55,124 nt of DNA, taken from contig JAIOXC010000001.1 of assembly GCA_021741795.1 (NCBI GenBank), forward strand, positions 1 to 55,124, given 5' to 3'. Each line of letters begins with the position of its first letter. Positions within the stretch are counted from its first letter, which is position 1. Positions 18,478-27,850 of the stretch are shown here, piece by piece. The notes beneath the pieces were generated by a model. It did not search any database. It was given only the letters and a program-made list of their open reading frames with translations, and was not told the origin of the DNA. This DNA is from Ilumatobacteraceae bacterium. GTDB lineage: Bacteria > Actinomycetota > Acidimicrobiia > Acidimicrobiales > Ilumatobacteraceae. The position numbers and the translations under genes were made by a program.

Positions 18478-19478
18478 CGGCGTGAATCCATGAACAACCC
18501 GCGCAGGGCTGCAAAGTTTTCGACGCAGTGACCAGCGCCAAGCACAACTGCTTCAAGCGGTTCTGTCGACATATTGACAGGTACTTGTGTGTCGCGCTCG
18601 ATTCGCCGAGCCAAACCACGCAACATTGAACCGCCGCCTACCAAGTACATACCACGAGTAAGAAAATCTTGTGACAGCTCTGGCGGCGCCGAGGCCAGGC
18701 AACGAATGACCGAGTTGACCATCTGCGTGACAACATCATCGATCGCGACACGAATTTCACTGGATGTCAGCACCACTGTCTTTGGCAGTCCTGAAACAAG
18801 ATCACGACCACGCACCTCGGCGTCACGATCCTCTGGCGTTGCCATTGCGCTACCGATCGAGATCTTGATCTCTTCTGCAGTGCGTTCGCCAATCGCAAGA
18901 CCATGTTCGCGTCGCACATATGACTGAATCGCAGCATCAATATCAAAACTTCCAACACGCACTGCTTCAAGCGCGACAATTCCACCAAGACTGATCACTG
19001 CGGTCTCTGTGGTGCCGCCACCGATGTCAATAACGAGGTTGCCAACAGGTTCATTAATCGGCAAGTCTGCACCGATCGCTGCAGCCATTGGTTGCTCGAG
19101 CAACTGTGCATCGGCTGCGCCTGCACGACGAGTTGCATCGGTTACCGCACGTCGCTCCACCTCGGTGATGGCCGAAGGCACGCAAATCAGCACCTTGGGT
19201 CGTGAAAATCTCGAGACACCAGCGCGTTGCAGAAGCAATCTGATCATCTTTTCGGTGATCTCGAAGTCGGTTATAGCACCCCCACGCAACGGGCGTACCG
19301 CAACGATGTACCCAGGCGTGCGACCAATCATGCTCCAGGCTTCCTGACCAGTCGCGAGCACCTCACCCGTGCGCTTATTGACAGCGATCACGGATGGTTC
19401 GTTGATAACAATGCCGCGCCCCTCCATATACACAAGGGTGTTTGCGGTACCAAGGTCAATTGCTAAGTCGCGTGCCAC
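18474..19478 (-). CDS. mreB: rod-shape/actin-like protein MreB
   Basis: DLAIDLGTANTLVY, NEPSVIA and DIGGGTTE phosphate/adenosine motifs; 334 aa; GTG start. Confidence 0.9.
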   Translation of the reverse strand: MARDLAIDLGTANTLVYMEGRGIVINEPSVIAVNKRTGEVLATGQEAWSMIGRTPGYIVAVRPLRGGAITDFEITEKMIRLLLQRAGVSRFSRPKVLICVPSAITEVERRAVTDATRRAGAADAQLLEQPMAAAIGADLPINEPVGNLVIDIGGGTTETAVISLGGIVALEAVRVGSFDIDAAIQSYVRREHGLAIGERTAEEIKISIGSAMATPEDRDAEVRGRDLVSGLPKTVVLTSSEIRVAIDDVVTQMVNSVIRCLASAPPELSQDFLTRGMYLVGGGSMLRGLARRIERDTQVPVNMSTEPLEAVVLGAGHCVENFAALRGLFMDSRR

Positions 19479-19484
19479 TTTGGT

Positions 19485-19700
19485 CTACCTTCTGCCCTGT
19501 TTGGTTGAATGATCTTTTAATTGCTGGCGCACATGAGAGCGAGAATCGTCAGAAAGAGCATCTAAGTGACGACGAAAAGCGACCATTCCGTTATTGCGGG
19601 TTGCGTTGCGCGACTCTTGCAGCATCATCACGACGAGAGTTGATGCAGAGACCACAGAGATTGCGGCAAACAACAGAGAAAAACTTGAAATAGCGATCAT
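19485..19700 (-). CDS. small single-pass membrane protein, unknown function
   Basis: 71 aa with an N-terminal hydrophobic helix (IAISSFSLLFAAISVVSASTLVVMML) and a basic tail. Its ATG overlaps the moaE stop (ATGA), and its stop lies 6 nt before the mreB GTG. Confidence 0.5.
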   Translation of the reverse strand: MIAISSFSLLFAAISVVSASTLVVMMLQESRNATRNNGMVAFRRHLDALSDDSRSHVRQQLKDHSTKQGRR

Positions 19701-20212
19701 TTTTTCGCGCTCGTTTTTTGTTGTGACGTTGTCGCAACTTGATCAACAGTAGTTACATGTTGCGCACCGAGCGCCCAGTCACTTCCGGTTTCCCATGCTT
19801 CGCGTTTCCAAATTGGCACTGTTGCCTTCAATGCGTCAATACCAAATCTTGCTGCTTCAAATGCTTCAGGTCGATGTGGGGCGGAGACAACAACAAGCAC
19901 CGATGACTCACCCAACTTGAGATCGCCAACTCGATGAATGAGCGCAATTCTGCCCAGGTCGCTCCACTGATTTTTCATCTCGGAAACAATTTCGCGACAC
20001 TTTGGAATGACTTCCTCTTCGAATGCCTCGTAGCTCAGGGTGTGCACGCCAGTGCGACCTTCGGAATGATTGCGCACAGTGCCCGAAAACACCACCACGG
20101 CACCACACGAATCGGTGACTGACCAGTCGTACACCGCACCAACGTCAAGTCTCGTAGCAGTGATTTCAAGCCACACGTTGCTGTCTTGAGAGAATTCACG
20201 GTGAAGCATCAA
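19697..20212 (-). CDS. moaE: molybdopterin synthase catalytic subunit
   Basis: MoaE pattern (GAVVVFSGTVRNHSEGR, YEAFEE, PIWKRE); 171 aa. Confidence 0.8.
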   Translation of the reverse strand: MMLHREFSQDSNVWLEITATRLDVGAVYDWSVTDSCGAVVVFSGTVRNHSEGRTGVHTLSYEAFEEEVIPKCREIVSEMKNQWSDLGRIALIHRVGDLKLGESSVLVVVSAPHRPEAFEAARFGIDALKATVPIWKREAWETGSDWALGAQHVTTVDQVATTSQQKTSAKK

Positions 20213-20274
20213 TTTCAGCGTACCCGAGGTTGTGGATGGTCATTTAGTTTAAAGTTTTAATAGGCTCTAGATCA

Positions 20275-21501
20275 GTGAGCAACAACCCCGACGAACAACC
20301 ATTTGCTGGAATTCCACTTTTTGGTGACCTTGCAAAGGCAATGGCCGGACAAGGTCCGCTGCAGTGGGACGTTGCGCGTCAAGTAGCCATCTCGACTGCA
20401 ACGAATGGCACCAACACCGAAGCCAATGTTGATCCATCGTCTCGGGTGAGTCTCGAGCAACTCGCACCAATTGCCGACATGCATGTGCGCAATTACACCG
20501 GCTTAACTACTTGCACTAGTGGCGGCTCAGGTACCGCGCTTCCCAACATTGTTGTCACCAATCACTCCACTTGGGTGCACCACACGCTCGAATCGTACAA
20601 GCCGCTCTTCACTCAACTTGCAACTGCATTAAGCAACCCAAATGTTGAAACGCCGCAGGCCGGCGCCGAGATCGATACCGAATTAAATATTGAAACTGAC
20701 CAGATCACCGCAATGATGTCGTCGCTCAACAAGATGATGGCGCCGGCGATGATGGGCATGTCGATCGGGTCAATGATCGGGCAACTCTCACTACGAGCTT
20801 TCGGACAATACGACCTACCGATTCCGCGCGAACCACGAAATCAAATTCTTCTTGTTGCTGGCAATGTCGAACAATTTGCAAACGACTGGAGCATTGCAGT
20901 TGACGACATGCGCATGTGGGTGTTAATCCACGAACTCACATCTCACGCAGTGCTGAGCGTCGATCATGTTCGTGATTCGATCAATCAACAGATCAGCAAA
21001 TACATCGCTGGTTTTCGACCAAATCCAAACGCACTGATGGACAGGCTCACGACAATGGATCTTGGCACTAGTGACCCGATGGCCATGATGCAAAAATTTC
21101 TCACAGACCCCACCATTATTTTGGGTGCGGTGCGCTCGCCCGAGCAAGAGCGTCAAGCTCCAGTGCTAGACGCGATGATCGCTTCGATCATCGGCTACAT
21201 CGACCACAGCGTGGACGCTATTTCGTCACTTGTTTTGGGTGGCGGTGCGCAAATTGCAGAAGCAGTGCGTCGGCGACGCGTCGAATCCGCACCCCATGAC
21301 TCATTCGTTGAGCAGCTCCTCGGCTTACGCCTCACCCGCCAGCAAGTCGAACGCGGGCATGCATTCGCGGCCGGCGTCACCGAGCGCGCTGGGCATGACG
21401 GCCTCGCGCAACTCTTTGCCCGAGCAGGCAATTTGCCTACGCCTAGTGAGTTAGATGCGTCTGGTCTGTGGCTTGCTCGCATTGAGCTGCAAGACAAATA
21501 G
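20275..21501 (+). CDS. zincin-like (DUF2342/putative hydrolase family) protein with a non-canonical metal motif
   Basis: 408 aa. The general layout matches actinobacterial zinc-dependent metalloprotease annotations. The motif reads IHELTSH (HExxxH) at 20929-20946. Confidence 0.5.
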   Translation: MSNNPDEQPFAGIPLFGDLAKAMAGQGPLQWDVARQVAISTATNGTNTEANVDPSSRVSLEQLAPIADMHVRNYTGLTTCTSGGSGTALPNIVVTNHSTWVHHTLESYKPLFTQLATALSNPNVETPQAGAEIDTELNIETDQITAMMSSLNKMMAPAMMGMSIGSMIGQLSLRAFGQYDLPIPREPRNQILLVAGNVEQFANDWSIAVDDMRMWVLIHELTSHAVLSVDHVRDSINQQISKYIAGFRPNPNALMDRLTTMDLGTSDPMAMMQKFLTDPTIILGAVRSPEQERQAPVLDAMIASIIGYIDHSVDAISSLVLGGGAQIAEAVRRRRVESAPHDSFVEQLLGLRLTRQQVERGHAFAAGVTERAGHDGLAQLFARAGNLPTPSELDASGLWLARIELQDK

Positions 21502-22611
21502 CAGCGACGCCACTGCCGACCCAACACCAACAATTAAAAAGCCAACCGCACCTGGTGGCGTTGCAATAACGGCAAGTAGACCGGCTACCACCCACGCAAT
21601 TTGATTGCGCGTTTCATAACGCACAAATGCGCGCGCTCGGTTTGCATCGGGTGCCTTTGATTGCACTGTCGATTCAAATGCAAGGCGGCCGATTGAACCA
21701 ACTCCGTTTACAACCCCAGCCAAAATAATTCCGGCAGTTACACCACCAAAATATCCAGCAACTAGCCCGCCAATGCAAACACTCGCAACACAAAGTTTGA
21801 GCATTCTCTGTTCGTGGATTCGTCGACGCAGTAGTGGACCAATTGCATTGGCAGCAAATGTGCTGAGTGAGCACACAGCAACCGCCAAACCAAACCACGC
21901 AGTGCCCGCTTTTTGATCGCGCAACCAGAACGCTAAATGAAAAAACATAAAACCGACTGCTGCTCGCAACACCAGCATCACAAATGCGGCCTGACGAATT
22001 TGAGGTGCATGAAGTTCGTGCTTCTCAATCTCTTGCATCGCGTTTGGAACAGCCGCAACATGTCGTGGCAGTGCAAGCGCGGCTATGCCCGCACCCGCAA
22101 ACGCACAAGCCGATAAACCGAGCGACAACCTGGTGTCTATGAGTTGCAACAACACTGCTGGTGCACCACCAAGAAAACCAACCACGCTTGTCAGTCGCCC
22201 GAGTTTTCCATTGGCGGCCATCAATTGCTCGTCACCCTCTACAACAGTTGGCATGATTGCCGAACGCGATACCCCGTATGTCTTGGCAAGTACGAGCGAT
22301 AAAAATGCGAGCGGAAACAGTGCAAGTGAGTTCAGCCATTTCATCATTGCAATCAACACCATCGCGCGCATTAACCCCACAACACACACCGTGATGCGAC
22401 GGCCTCCAGGTAAGCGATCGATGTATGGACCAATAATCGGAGCGAGCACCGCAAAAGGAGCGAGGCTGATCGCTAAAAACAAAATGACTTTTGAACGCGC
22501 GGCATCAGGGCTGATCGATAAAAAGAGTGAGTCTGCCAACGACACAGCAAGTGCGGCTTCGCCAACCACCATCAACATATGCACTCGCGACAACCGCGTT
22601 AGGGGGCTCAC
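21451..22611 (-). CDS. MFS-type transporter
   Basis: 386 aa with about 10-12 hydrophobic helices. It overlaps the convergent neighbour by 51 nt. Confidence 0.6.
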   Translation of the reverse strand: MSPLTRLSRVHMLMVVGEAALAVSLADSLFLSISPDAARSKVILFLAISLAPFAVLAPIIGPYIDRLPGGRRITVCVVGLMRAMVLIAMMKWLNSLALFPLAFLSLVLAKTYGVSRSAIMPTVVEGDEQLMAANGKLGRLTSVVGFLGGAPAVLLQLIDTRLSLGLSACAFAGAGIAALALPRHVAAVPNAMQEIEKHELHAPQIRQAAFVMLVLRAAVGFMFFHLAFWLRDQKAGTAWFGLAVAVCSLSTFAANAIGPLLRRRIHEQRMLKLCVASVCIGGLVAGYFGGVTAGIILAGVVNGVGSIGRLAFESTVQSKAPDANRARAFVRYETRNQIAWVVAGLLAVIATPPGAVGFLIVGVGSAVASLLFVLQLNASKPQTRRI

Positions 22612-22643
22612 TGGCGCGAGGCCCGTATGTCTATTTTGGTTTG

Positions 22644-23363
22644 CTATGCGCTCATTTTCTCATATTTGTAGCCAAGTCCACGGATGGTGACCAACCGTGT
22701 TGGGTTGGCTGGCTCAGACTCAATCTTGCTTCGCAAGCGCTTGATATGTACGTCAAGTGTTTTGGTGTCACCGTAATAATCAGTGCCCCACACACGATCG
22801 ATCAATGTTTCACGTGTCATTACACGACCCGCATTAGCAACAAGCACGTACAACAACTCAAATTCTTTGAGCGGAAGTTTGGTTACGTCGCCGCGAACAG
22901 TCACAACATGTTGTTCTGGATCGATTGTAACGTCCCCAATTGAAACTGTGCCAATACCGACCTCATCAATCTCGGTTGGAGTCAATGAGCTGCGGCGCAG
23001 AGCAGCACGAATCCGTGCCACAAGTTCGCGCAATCGATACGGCTTGACAATGTAGTCGTCGGCACCAACTTCCAAGCCGATGACCGTGTCAATCTCTGAA
23101 CCCTTCGCCGACACCATGATGATTGGAACCTGACTTTTTTTGCGAATTTCGCGACATACATCTGTTCCTGAGACCTTGGGCAACATCACATCTAACAGAA
23201 CGATGTCTGGATTGACTTTGTCAAACATTGACAAAGCTTCTGCCCCGTCTTTGGCAATACTGACCCGAAACCCTTCGCGCTTAAGTCCAATATCAAGTGC
23301 CTCAATAAACGATTGTTCGTCTTCAACAACAAACACCATTGGCAATTCGGTTGGCTGATTCAT
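22644..23363 (-). CDS. regX3: OmpR/PhoB-family response regulator (RegX3-like)
   Basis: Receiver domain (VVEDE...LLDVMLP...K) plus a winged-helix C-terminus (RLRSKIE...IRGLGY). I chose the start at Met23 of the track ORF, which has an AAGGA SD and lies 19 nt after the kinase stop. Confidence 0.85.
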   Translation of the reverse strand: MNQPTELPMVFVVEDEQSFIEALDIGLKREGFRVSIAKDGAEALSMFDKVNPDIVLLDVMLPKVSGTDVCREIRKKSQVPIIMVSAKGSEIDTVIGLEVGADDYIVKPYRLRELVARIRAALRRSSLTPTEIDEVGIGTVSIGDVTIDPEQHVVTVRGDVTKLPLKEFELLYVLVANAGRVMTRETLIDRVWGTDYYGDTKTLDVHIKRLRSKIESEPANPTRLVTIRGLGYKYEKMSA

Positions 23364-23382
23364 GATGTAAGTCCTTTTGTTT

Positions 23383-24507
23383 TTAGTTTTTTTGGCGGGG
23401 TAACACAACAGTGAAGGTTGCGCCTTCACCTTCGTTTGACTTCACTTCTATTTTTCCTCCATGGTTGTCAACAACGTGTCGCACAATTGACAGACCAAGT
23501 CCTGTTCCTCCAGTTGATCGACTTCGCGCCCTATCAACTCGATAAAAACGTTCGAAAATTCGTTCGTGATCCTTCGGAGCAATTCCCAGGCCTTGATCAA
23601 CGATCGCAACCGTCAGATCATCAACTCGTACATCACCAATGATTTCGACAAGTCGATCTACCTCACTGTATTTAATTGCATTTTCCACAAGATTCGAAAA
23701 TGCAGAAACAAGTTGACTTCGATCTCCAAAGACCTCAGCAGCAAAATTGCCACTCGTTACAAGCTCAACTTTGTGGTGACGTGCGCTGTCTTGTGCAAGT
23801 GCAACAACTTCTTTAATCACACCATTCAACTCGATACGTTCCCACTCCGTTGATCGTCCAAATTCGATTCGCGAAAGATCGAGCAAGTCGTTCACAATTC
23901 CCGCCATGCGAAAAGACTCACGAACGATTCGTTCTGCCAACTGCTTCATCACTGCTGGGTCGGTTTCGTCCACCATCGTGTCACCAAGTGCTGCGATGCC
24001 ACCGATAGGGGTTTTCAACTCGTGACTCAAGTTGGCAACAAAATCAGTGCGAACAGTGTCAATTCGAACTCGATCGGTGATGTCTTCGATTGTCACGACT
24101 ACGCCCTCATCATTCAATCGTTGTGATTGCAATTGAAAGAAGCGGTCAGGTGGGCCGGCAACCTGCATTGATTTATTCTGTTCACCAATCTCGATTGTCT
24201 CTTTTACAAGCGCGACAACTGCTTCGTCAACCAAAATGTCCACATGACGAACTCCGGTCATCTCTATAGCAATTCGGTTTCGAAGTAGTTCGCCATTTGG
24301 GCCCCGGCTAATCACAACTCCGATTGGCAAGAGGTCAAACGCCTTCAGCACCTGTTCGTCAACAACTTTTACTGCAGGATCAATAGGTAGCGATACTGCT
24401 ATTCGTTCGGTGCTAACGGACCGATTCGAGCGCGAAGATTTCCTACCAAAAATTATGCCTGCAACGAGTGCGACTACTACGCAAGTGACAAACCAGATGG
24501 TCGTCAT
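23383..24507 (-). CDS. senX3: sensor histidine kinase (SenX3-like; one N-terminal TM helix, no external loop)
   Basis: H-box SHELKTP and N/G boxes (ENAIKYS, DQGLGI, GGTGLGLSIV). Confidence 0.85.
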   Translation of the reverse strand: MTTIWFVTCVVVALVAGIIFGRKSSRSNRSVSTERIAVSLPIDPAVKVVDEQVLKAFDLLPIGVVISRGPNGELLRNRIAIEMTGVRHVDILVDEAVVALVKETIEIGEQNKSMQVAGPPDRFFQLQSQRLNDEGVVVTIEDITDRVRIDTVRTDFVANLSHELKTPIGGIAALGDTMVDETDPAVMKQLAERIVRESFRMAGIVNDLLDLSRIEFGRSTEWERIELNGVIKEVVALAQDSARHHKVELVTSGNFAAEVFGDRSQLVSAFSNLVENAIKYSEVDRLVEIIGDVRVDDLTVAIVDQGLGIAPKDHERIFERFYRVDRARSRSTGGTGLGLSIVRHVVDNHGGKIEVKSNEGEGATFTVVLPRQKN

Positions 24508-24525
24508 GGCTAATTCACTGCAGAA

Positions 24526-25251
24526 TTACGACGAAGTGTCTGACGATGATTGCGAGTCACCAGAGTGCCGTGCCTTGTATCGGGCAGCACCACGATGTTC
24601 CGGCAGGACACCTGTGAGAATAAATTGAGTTCGCTCGCCAACGTTTACTGCGTGGTCACCAATTCGCTCAAAAAATCGACCGATGATTGCGAGTTGAACG
24701 GCGACCTGAACATCCATCTTTCCACGAGCATGGCACTCAAAAATTTCTTGGATGAACTGACGATGCAGACCGTCCAAAAATGAGTCCATGTCGTCAATGG
24801 CTGCTGCCTTAGGTGCATCACTCGACTCAAAGGCGTCCATTGCCGAGATGCACAATTGCTGAGCTTGCTCTGCCATCTTGCCAATCAAGCCTCGCAATAC
24901 AGGATCAATGTCATGACTGTAAATTCGTCGCGCACCTTTGCAGATGTTGACTGCCAAGTCAGCTGAACGCTCGAGTTCGCCAGTGATCTTGATAATCGAT
25001 ACCAGCTGTCGCAAATCTCCTGCTACAGGAGCCTGCAGTGCGAGCTGCTGAAAACACTGGTCTTCGATGTCTACTGCGCGCGCATCAATCTCGTCATCTG
25101 CTTGTACTAAATAATCGGCGCCTTCAAGGTCACCACTGAGCAACACTGCAGTTGCTCGAGGTATAGCTTCAATTACCGAGGCTCCAAGTCGAATTACTTG
25201 GTCACGAATTGCATCAACTTCTTGATGAAACGTCCTACGTAATTCGTCCAT
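24526..25251 (-). CDS. phoU: phosphate signalling complex protein PhoU
   Basis: Two PhoU repeats (E..ID, ERIGDHA type). It is co-directional with the kinase and has a Ser-rich C-terminal tail. Confidence 0.85.
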   Translation of the reverse strand: MDELRRTFHQEVDAIRDQVIRLGASVIEAIPRATAVLLSGDLEGADYLVQADDEIDARAVDIEDQCFQQLALQAPVAGDLRQLVSIIKITGELERSADLAVNICKGARRIYSHDIDPVLRGLIGKMAEQAQQLCISAMDAFESSDAPKAAAIDDMDSFLDGLHRQFIQEIFECHARGKMDVQVAVQLAIIGRFFERIGDHAVNVGERTQFILTGVLPEHRGAARYKARHSGDSQSSSDTSS

Positions 25252-25291
25252 TGGTCAACTTTCTTTCAAACTTTGCTGAACGTTGCTGCAT

Positions 25292-25336
25292 GTGAAACCT
25301 ACACGCACCAGGTGAAACCCATCTGAACTTCAGATT
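25292..25336. promoter_or_regulatory. candidate operator: direct repeat GTGAAACC-N12-GTGAAACC abutting the palindrome ATCTGAAcTTCAGAT
   Basis: Read directly: GTGAAACC at 25292-25299 and 25312-25319, palindrome at 25321-25335. It lies 41-85 nt upstream of the phoU ATG, in the ppk-phoU spacer. Confidence 0.35.
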
Positions 25337-25354
25337 ACAAACAAGTTAACCGCT

Positions 25355-27466
25355 TTATCGGACTTGGGTTTGCACGACCCAGTCGTGCAATTTTCGTTGG
25401 GCATCCACGGTGAGGCCAGGTGCCCCTGCCCGCACCCACGAGTTATCAGCTTGCAGGTCAAAATGGGCGGCATCGGCATCCATTAAATATCCGAGCACCT
25501 TGTCGAGCCACAAGCGGTGCTTCGGATGAGTGAGTGGCACCAATGCCTCAACTCGCCCATCCAAATTTCGACCCATCATGTCGGCAGACCCAATGAGATG
25601 GAGGGGTTCGTTATTTTCATAGCCGTGTTCGAAGCGATAGATACGCGAATGCTCAAGGTACCGACCGAGAATCGATCGGACCCGAATGTTTTCAGACATG
25701 CCAGCGACCCCCCCTCGAAGACAGCAAATTCCACGGACAATGATGTCGATCTTGACACCAGCGTTGCTCGCCCGATACAACGCTTCAATCACGGCCTTAT
25801 CCGAGATTGAGTTGACCTTCATCGTGATTCGTCCGTCAACACCTAACGTTGCTTCTTTGTCGATGAGGTCAATTATGCCGTTGCGCAGTCGATGCGGCGC
25901 CACCAACAATGTTTGATAATCGGGCTCATGGCCATAGCCAGTGAGATAATTGAACAACTCGGTGACATCAGAACCAATCGCGTCTTCGCAGGTGAAAAAG
26001 CCGATGTCTTCATAGATACGTGCCGTCGTCGAGTTGTAGTTTCCGGTACCCATATGCACATAACGACGCATCTTGTCTGAGTCATTGCGCACAACCAAGA
26101 TGCACTTGGCGTGTGTTTTGAGACCAACAAGACCGTATGTCACATGCACGCCTGCGTACTCGAGTTCTTTTGCCCACGACATGTTGCGAGCTTCATCAAA
26201 ACGGGCCTTCAGTTCAATGACAACTGCAACCTGCTTGCCCAATTCGGCAGCACGTATGAGGTGTCGAGCAATTGAGCTATCTCCAGATGTGCGATACAAC
26301 GTCATTTTGATTGATTGCACGAGCGGATCAAGTGCTGCTTGCTTCACAAACTCTTCAACAGAAGAGATAAACGATTCATGCGGATGATGCACGAGCAACT
26401 GACGCTCACGAATAACGCTAAAGATTGACCGTTCGTTTTCTTCTGCGGCTGCCAAGCGACCAGCAGTGAGCGCAGGCCATGGCTTAAATCGCAAATGCGG
26501 CAAGTTGAGATTGGAAAGTTGCATCAATGCACTCAAGCCAACTGGAGCATGATGCACCGTGACATCTCCAGCCTCAAGTTCGAGTTCATCTATCAGCAGA
26601 TCGAGTACTTCTTGAGACATTCCATTGGACACTTCGAGGCGCACAGCACGGCCGAAGCGGCGGCGACGCAACTCCATCTCAACTGCTGCCAACAAGTCTT
26701 CAGCGTCTTCGTCGTCAACCGAAAGGTCGGCATTGCGGGTCACTCTAAATGTGTGGCACTGCTCGATTGTCATTCCCTGGAAAAGGCGACCCAAATTGGC
26801 ACTCACCACATCTTCAAGCAACACAAACCTGTTGCTGTCGGGCAACTGTAAAAACCTTGGAAGCGTTGGCGGAATCTTGACACGGGCGAACCGTTGCTCT
26901 TGAGTACGTGGGTCTAGCGCGATAACAGCCAAGTTGAGCGCCAGGTTTGAAATATAGGGAAACGGATGCGCAGGGTCGACTGCGAGCGGTGTGAGCACCG
27001 GAAAGATTCGAGTTTCAAACATCGACATCAGATATTCCCGTTCGATGTCGGTGACTTCATCCCATCCAAGAATCTGAACACCATTGCCCGCAAGTTTTGG
27101 CACAAGGTCGTGGTTGTAGACGTCTTCAAATTGTTCAACTAATTGCTGCACCTGCCGAATTATCTCGTGCAGCTGCTGGCGAGGTGTGCGGCCATCGGGA
27201 GTGACGGCACTGACATCGGCGGCTATCTGATCTTTGAGCGCAGCGACACGGATTTGATAAAACTCGTCGAGATTGCTGCAGAAAATTGCGGCGAACTTGC
27301 AGCGTTCAAGTAATTCAATCTCAGAGTCGACGGCTAGCGACAACACGCGTGCATTGAAATCGAGCCAGCTCAGCTCTCTGTTGATGATTCGTGCATCGAT
27401 GCCTAAATCGTAAGCAGATGCGTCTCCACTTACAGCCTGCTTCAACAATTGTCGCCAAGAAGTCAT
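25355..27466 (-). CDS. ppk: polyphosphate kinase 1
   Basis: 703 aa. PPK1 N/H/C1/C2 layout, including the phospho-His region (KTHAKC) and PLD-like C domains. Confidence 0.9.
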   Translation of the reverse strand: MTSWRQLLKQAVSGDASAYDLGIDARIINRELSWLDFNARVLSLAVDSEIELLERCKFAAIFCSNLDEFYQIRVAALKDQIAADVSAVTPDGRTPRQQLHEIIRQVQQLVEQFEDVYNHDLVPKLAGNGVQILGWDEVTDIEREYLMSMFETRIFPVLTPLAVDPAHPFPYISNLALNLAVIALDPRTQEQRFARVKIPPTLPRFLQLPDSNRFVLLEDVVSANLGRLFQGMTIEQCHTFRVTRNADLSVDDEDAEDLLAAVEMELRRRRFGRAVRLEVSNGMSQEVLDLLIDELELEAGDVTVHHAPVGLSALMQLSNLNLPHLRFKPWPALTAGRLAAAEENERSIFSVIRERQLLVHHPHESFISSVEEFVKQAALDPLVQSIKMTLYRTSGDSSIARHLIRAAELGKQVAVVIELKARFDEARNMSWAKELEYAGVHVTYGLVGLKTHAKCILVVRNDSDKMRRYVHMGTGNYNSTTARIYEDIGFFTCEDAIGSDVTELFNYLTGYGHEPDYQTLLVAPHRLRNGIIDLIDKEATLGVDGRITMKVNSISDKAVIEALYRASNAGVKIDIIVRGICCLRGGVAGMSENIRVRSILGRYLEHSRIYRFEHGYENNEPLHLIGSADMMGRNLDGRVEALVPLTHPKHRLWLDKVLGYLMDADAAHFDLQADNSWVRAGAPGLTVDAQRKLHDWVVQTQVR

Positions 27467-27470
27467 TGTT

Positions 27471-27501
27471 GGTTCACCAAAACTTCAGATTGGTTTTTCA
27501 C
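27471..27501. promoter_or_regulatory. second copy of the composite motif (GGTTCACC-aaa-ACTTCAGATT-GGTTTTTCAC) just upstream of ppk
   Basis: It shares the 10-mer ACTTCAGATT (27482-27491) with 25327-25336. The flanking GTGAA(A)nCC elements are on the opposite strand. GGTGAACC may double as the ppk SD. Confidence 0.3.
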
Positions 27502-27536
27502 GGCAGTCACACCTTGTTGCGCCACAAGCGCAATAC

Positions 27537-27803
27537 TTATTGAGCGTCGTTGTAGCCGAGTTCCCACTCGACCGAAATGCGTTCGCGCTCGGCATCACGG
27601 TTGACACGCTCTTGGTTGCGACGAAATTGTGGGTCGTTGCGTGGCAACAACACCAAGCGTGCAAGCACGCGGGCACGAAACTCTTCGAGAAGGTTTGGGT
27701 CACCAAAGTCGCTATAAACAGCCCAATGTGGTGACACAGCACCGGTATAGGTGATGCGAGCGTGGCCGCGGGATGGCTCAGTTGCTACTGGGGATTCAGA
27801 CAT
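27537..27803 (-). CDS. hypothetical 88-aa charged protein
   Basis: An ORF with plausible amino-acid composition, co-directional with and 70 nt upstream of ppk. I recognised no motif. Confidence 0.4.
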   Translation of the reverse strand: MSESPVATEPSRGHARITYTGAVSPHWAVYSDFGDPNLLEEFRARVLARLVLLPRNDPQFRRNQERVNRDAERERISVEWELGYNDAQ

Positions 27804-27850
27804 GTTCTCAACGATATCGCCAGAAATAGCCCTTTACTAGACTGACTCGC

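Noticed and set aside
23364-23429. 22-codon N-terminal extension of the response-regulator ORF that overlaps the kinase gene
   Set aside because: The extension is basic, low-complexity and lacks an SD. Met23 is preceded by AAGGA and begins exactly at the receiver domain.
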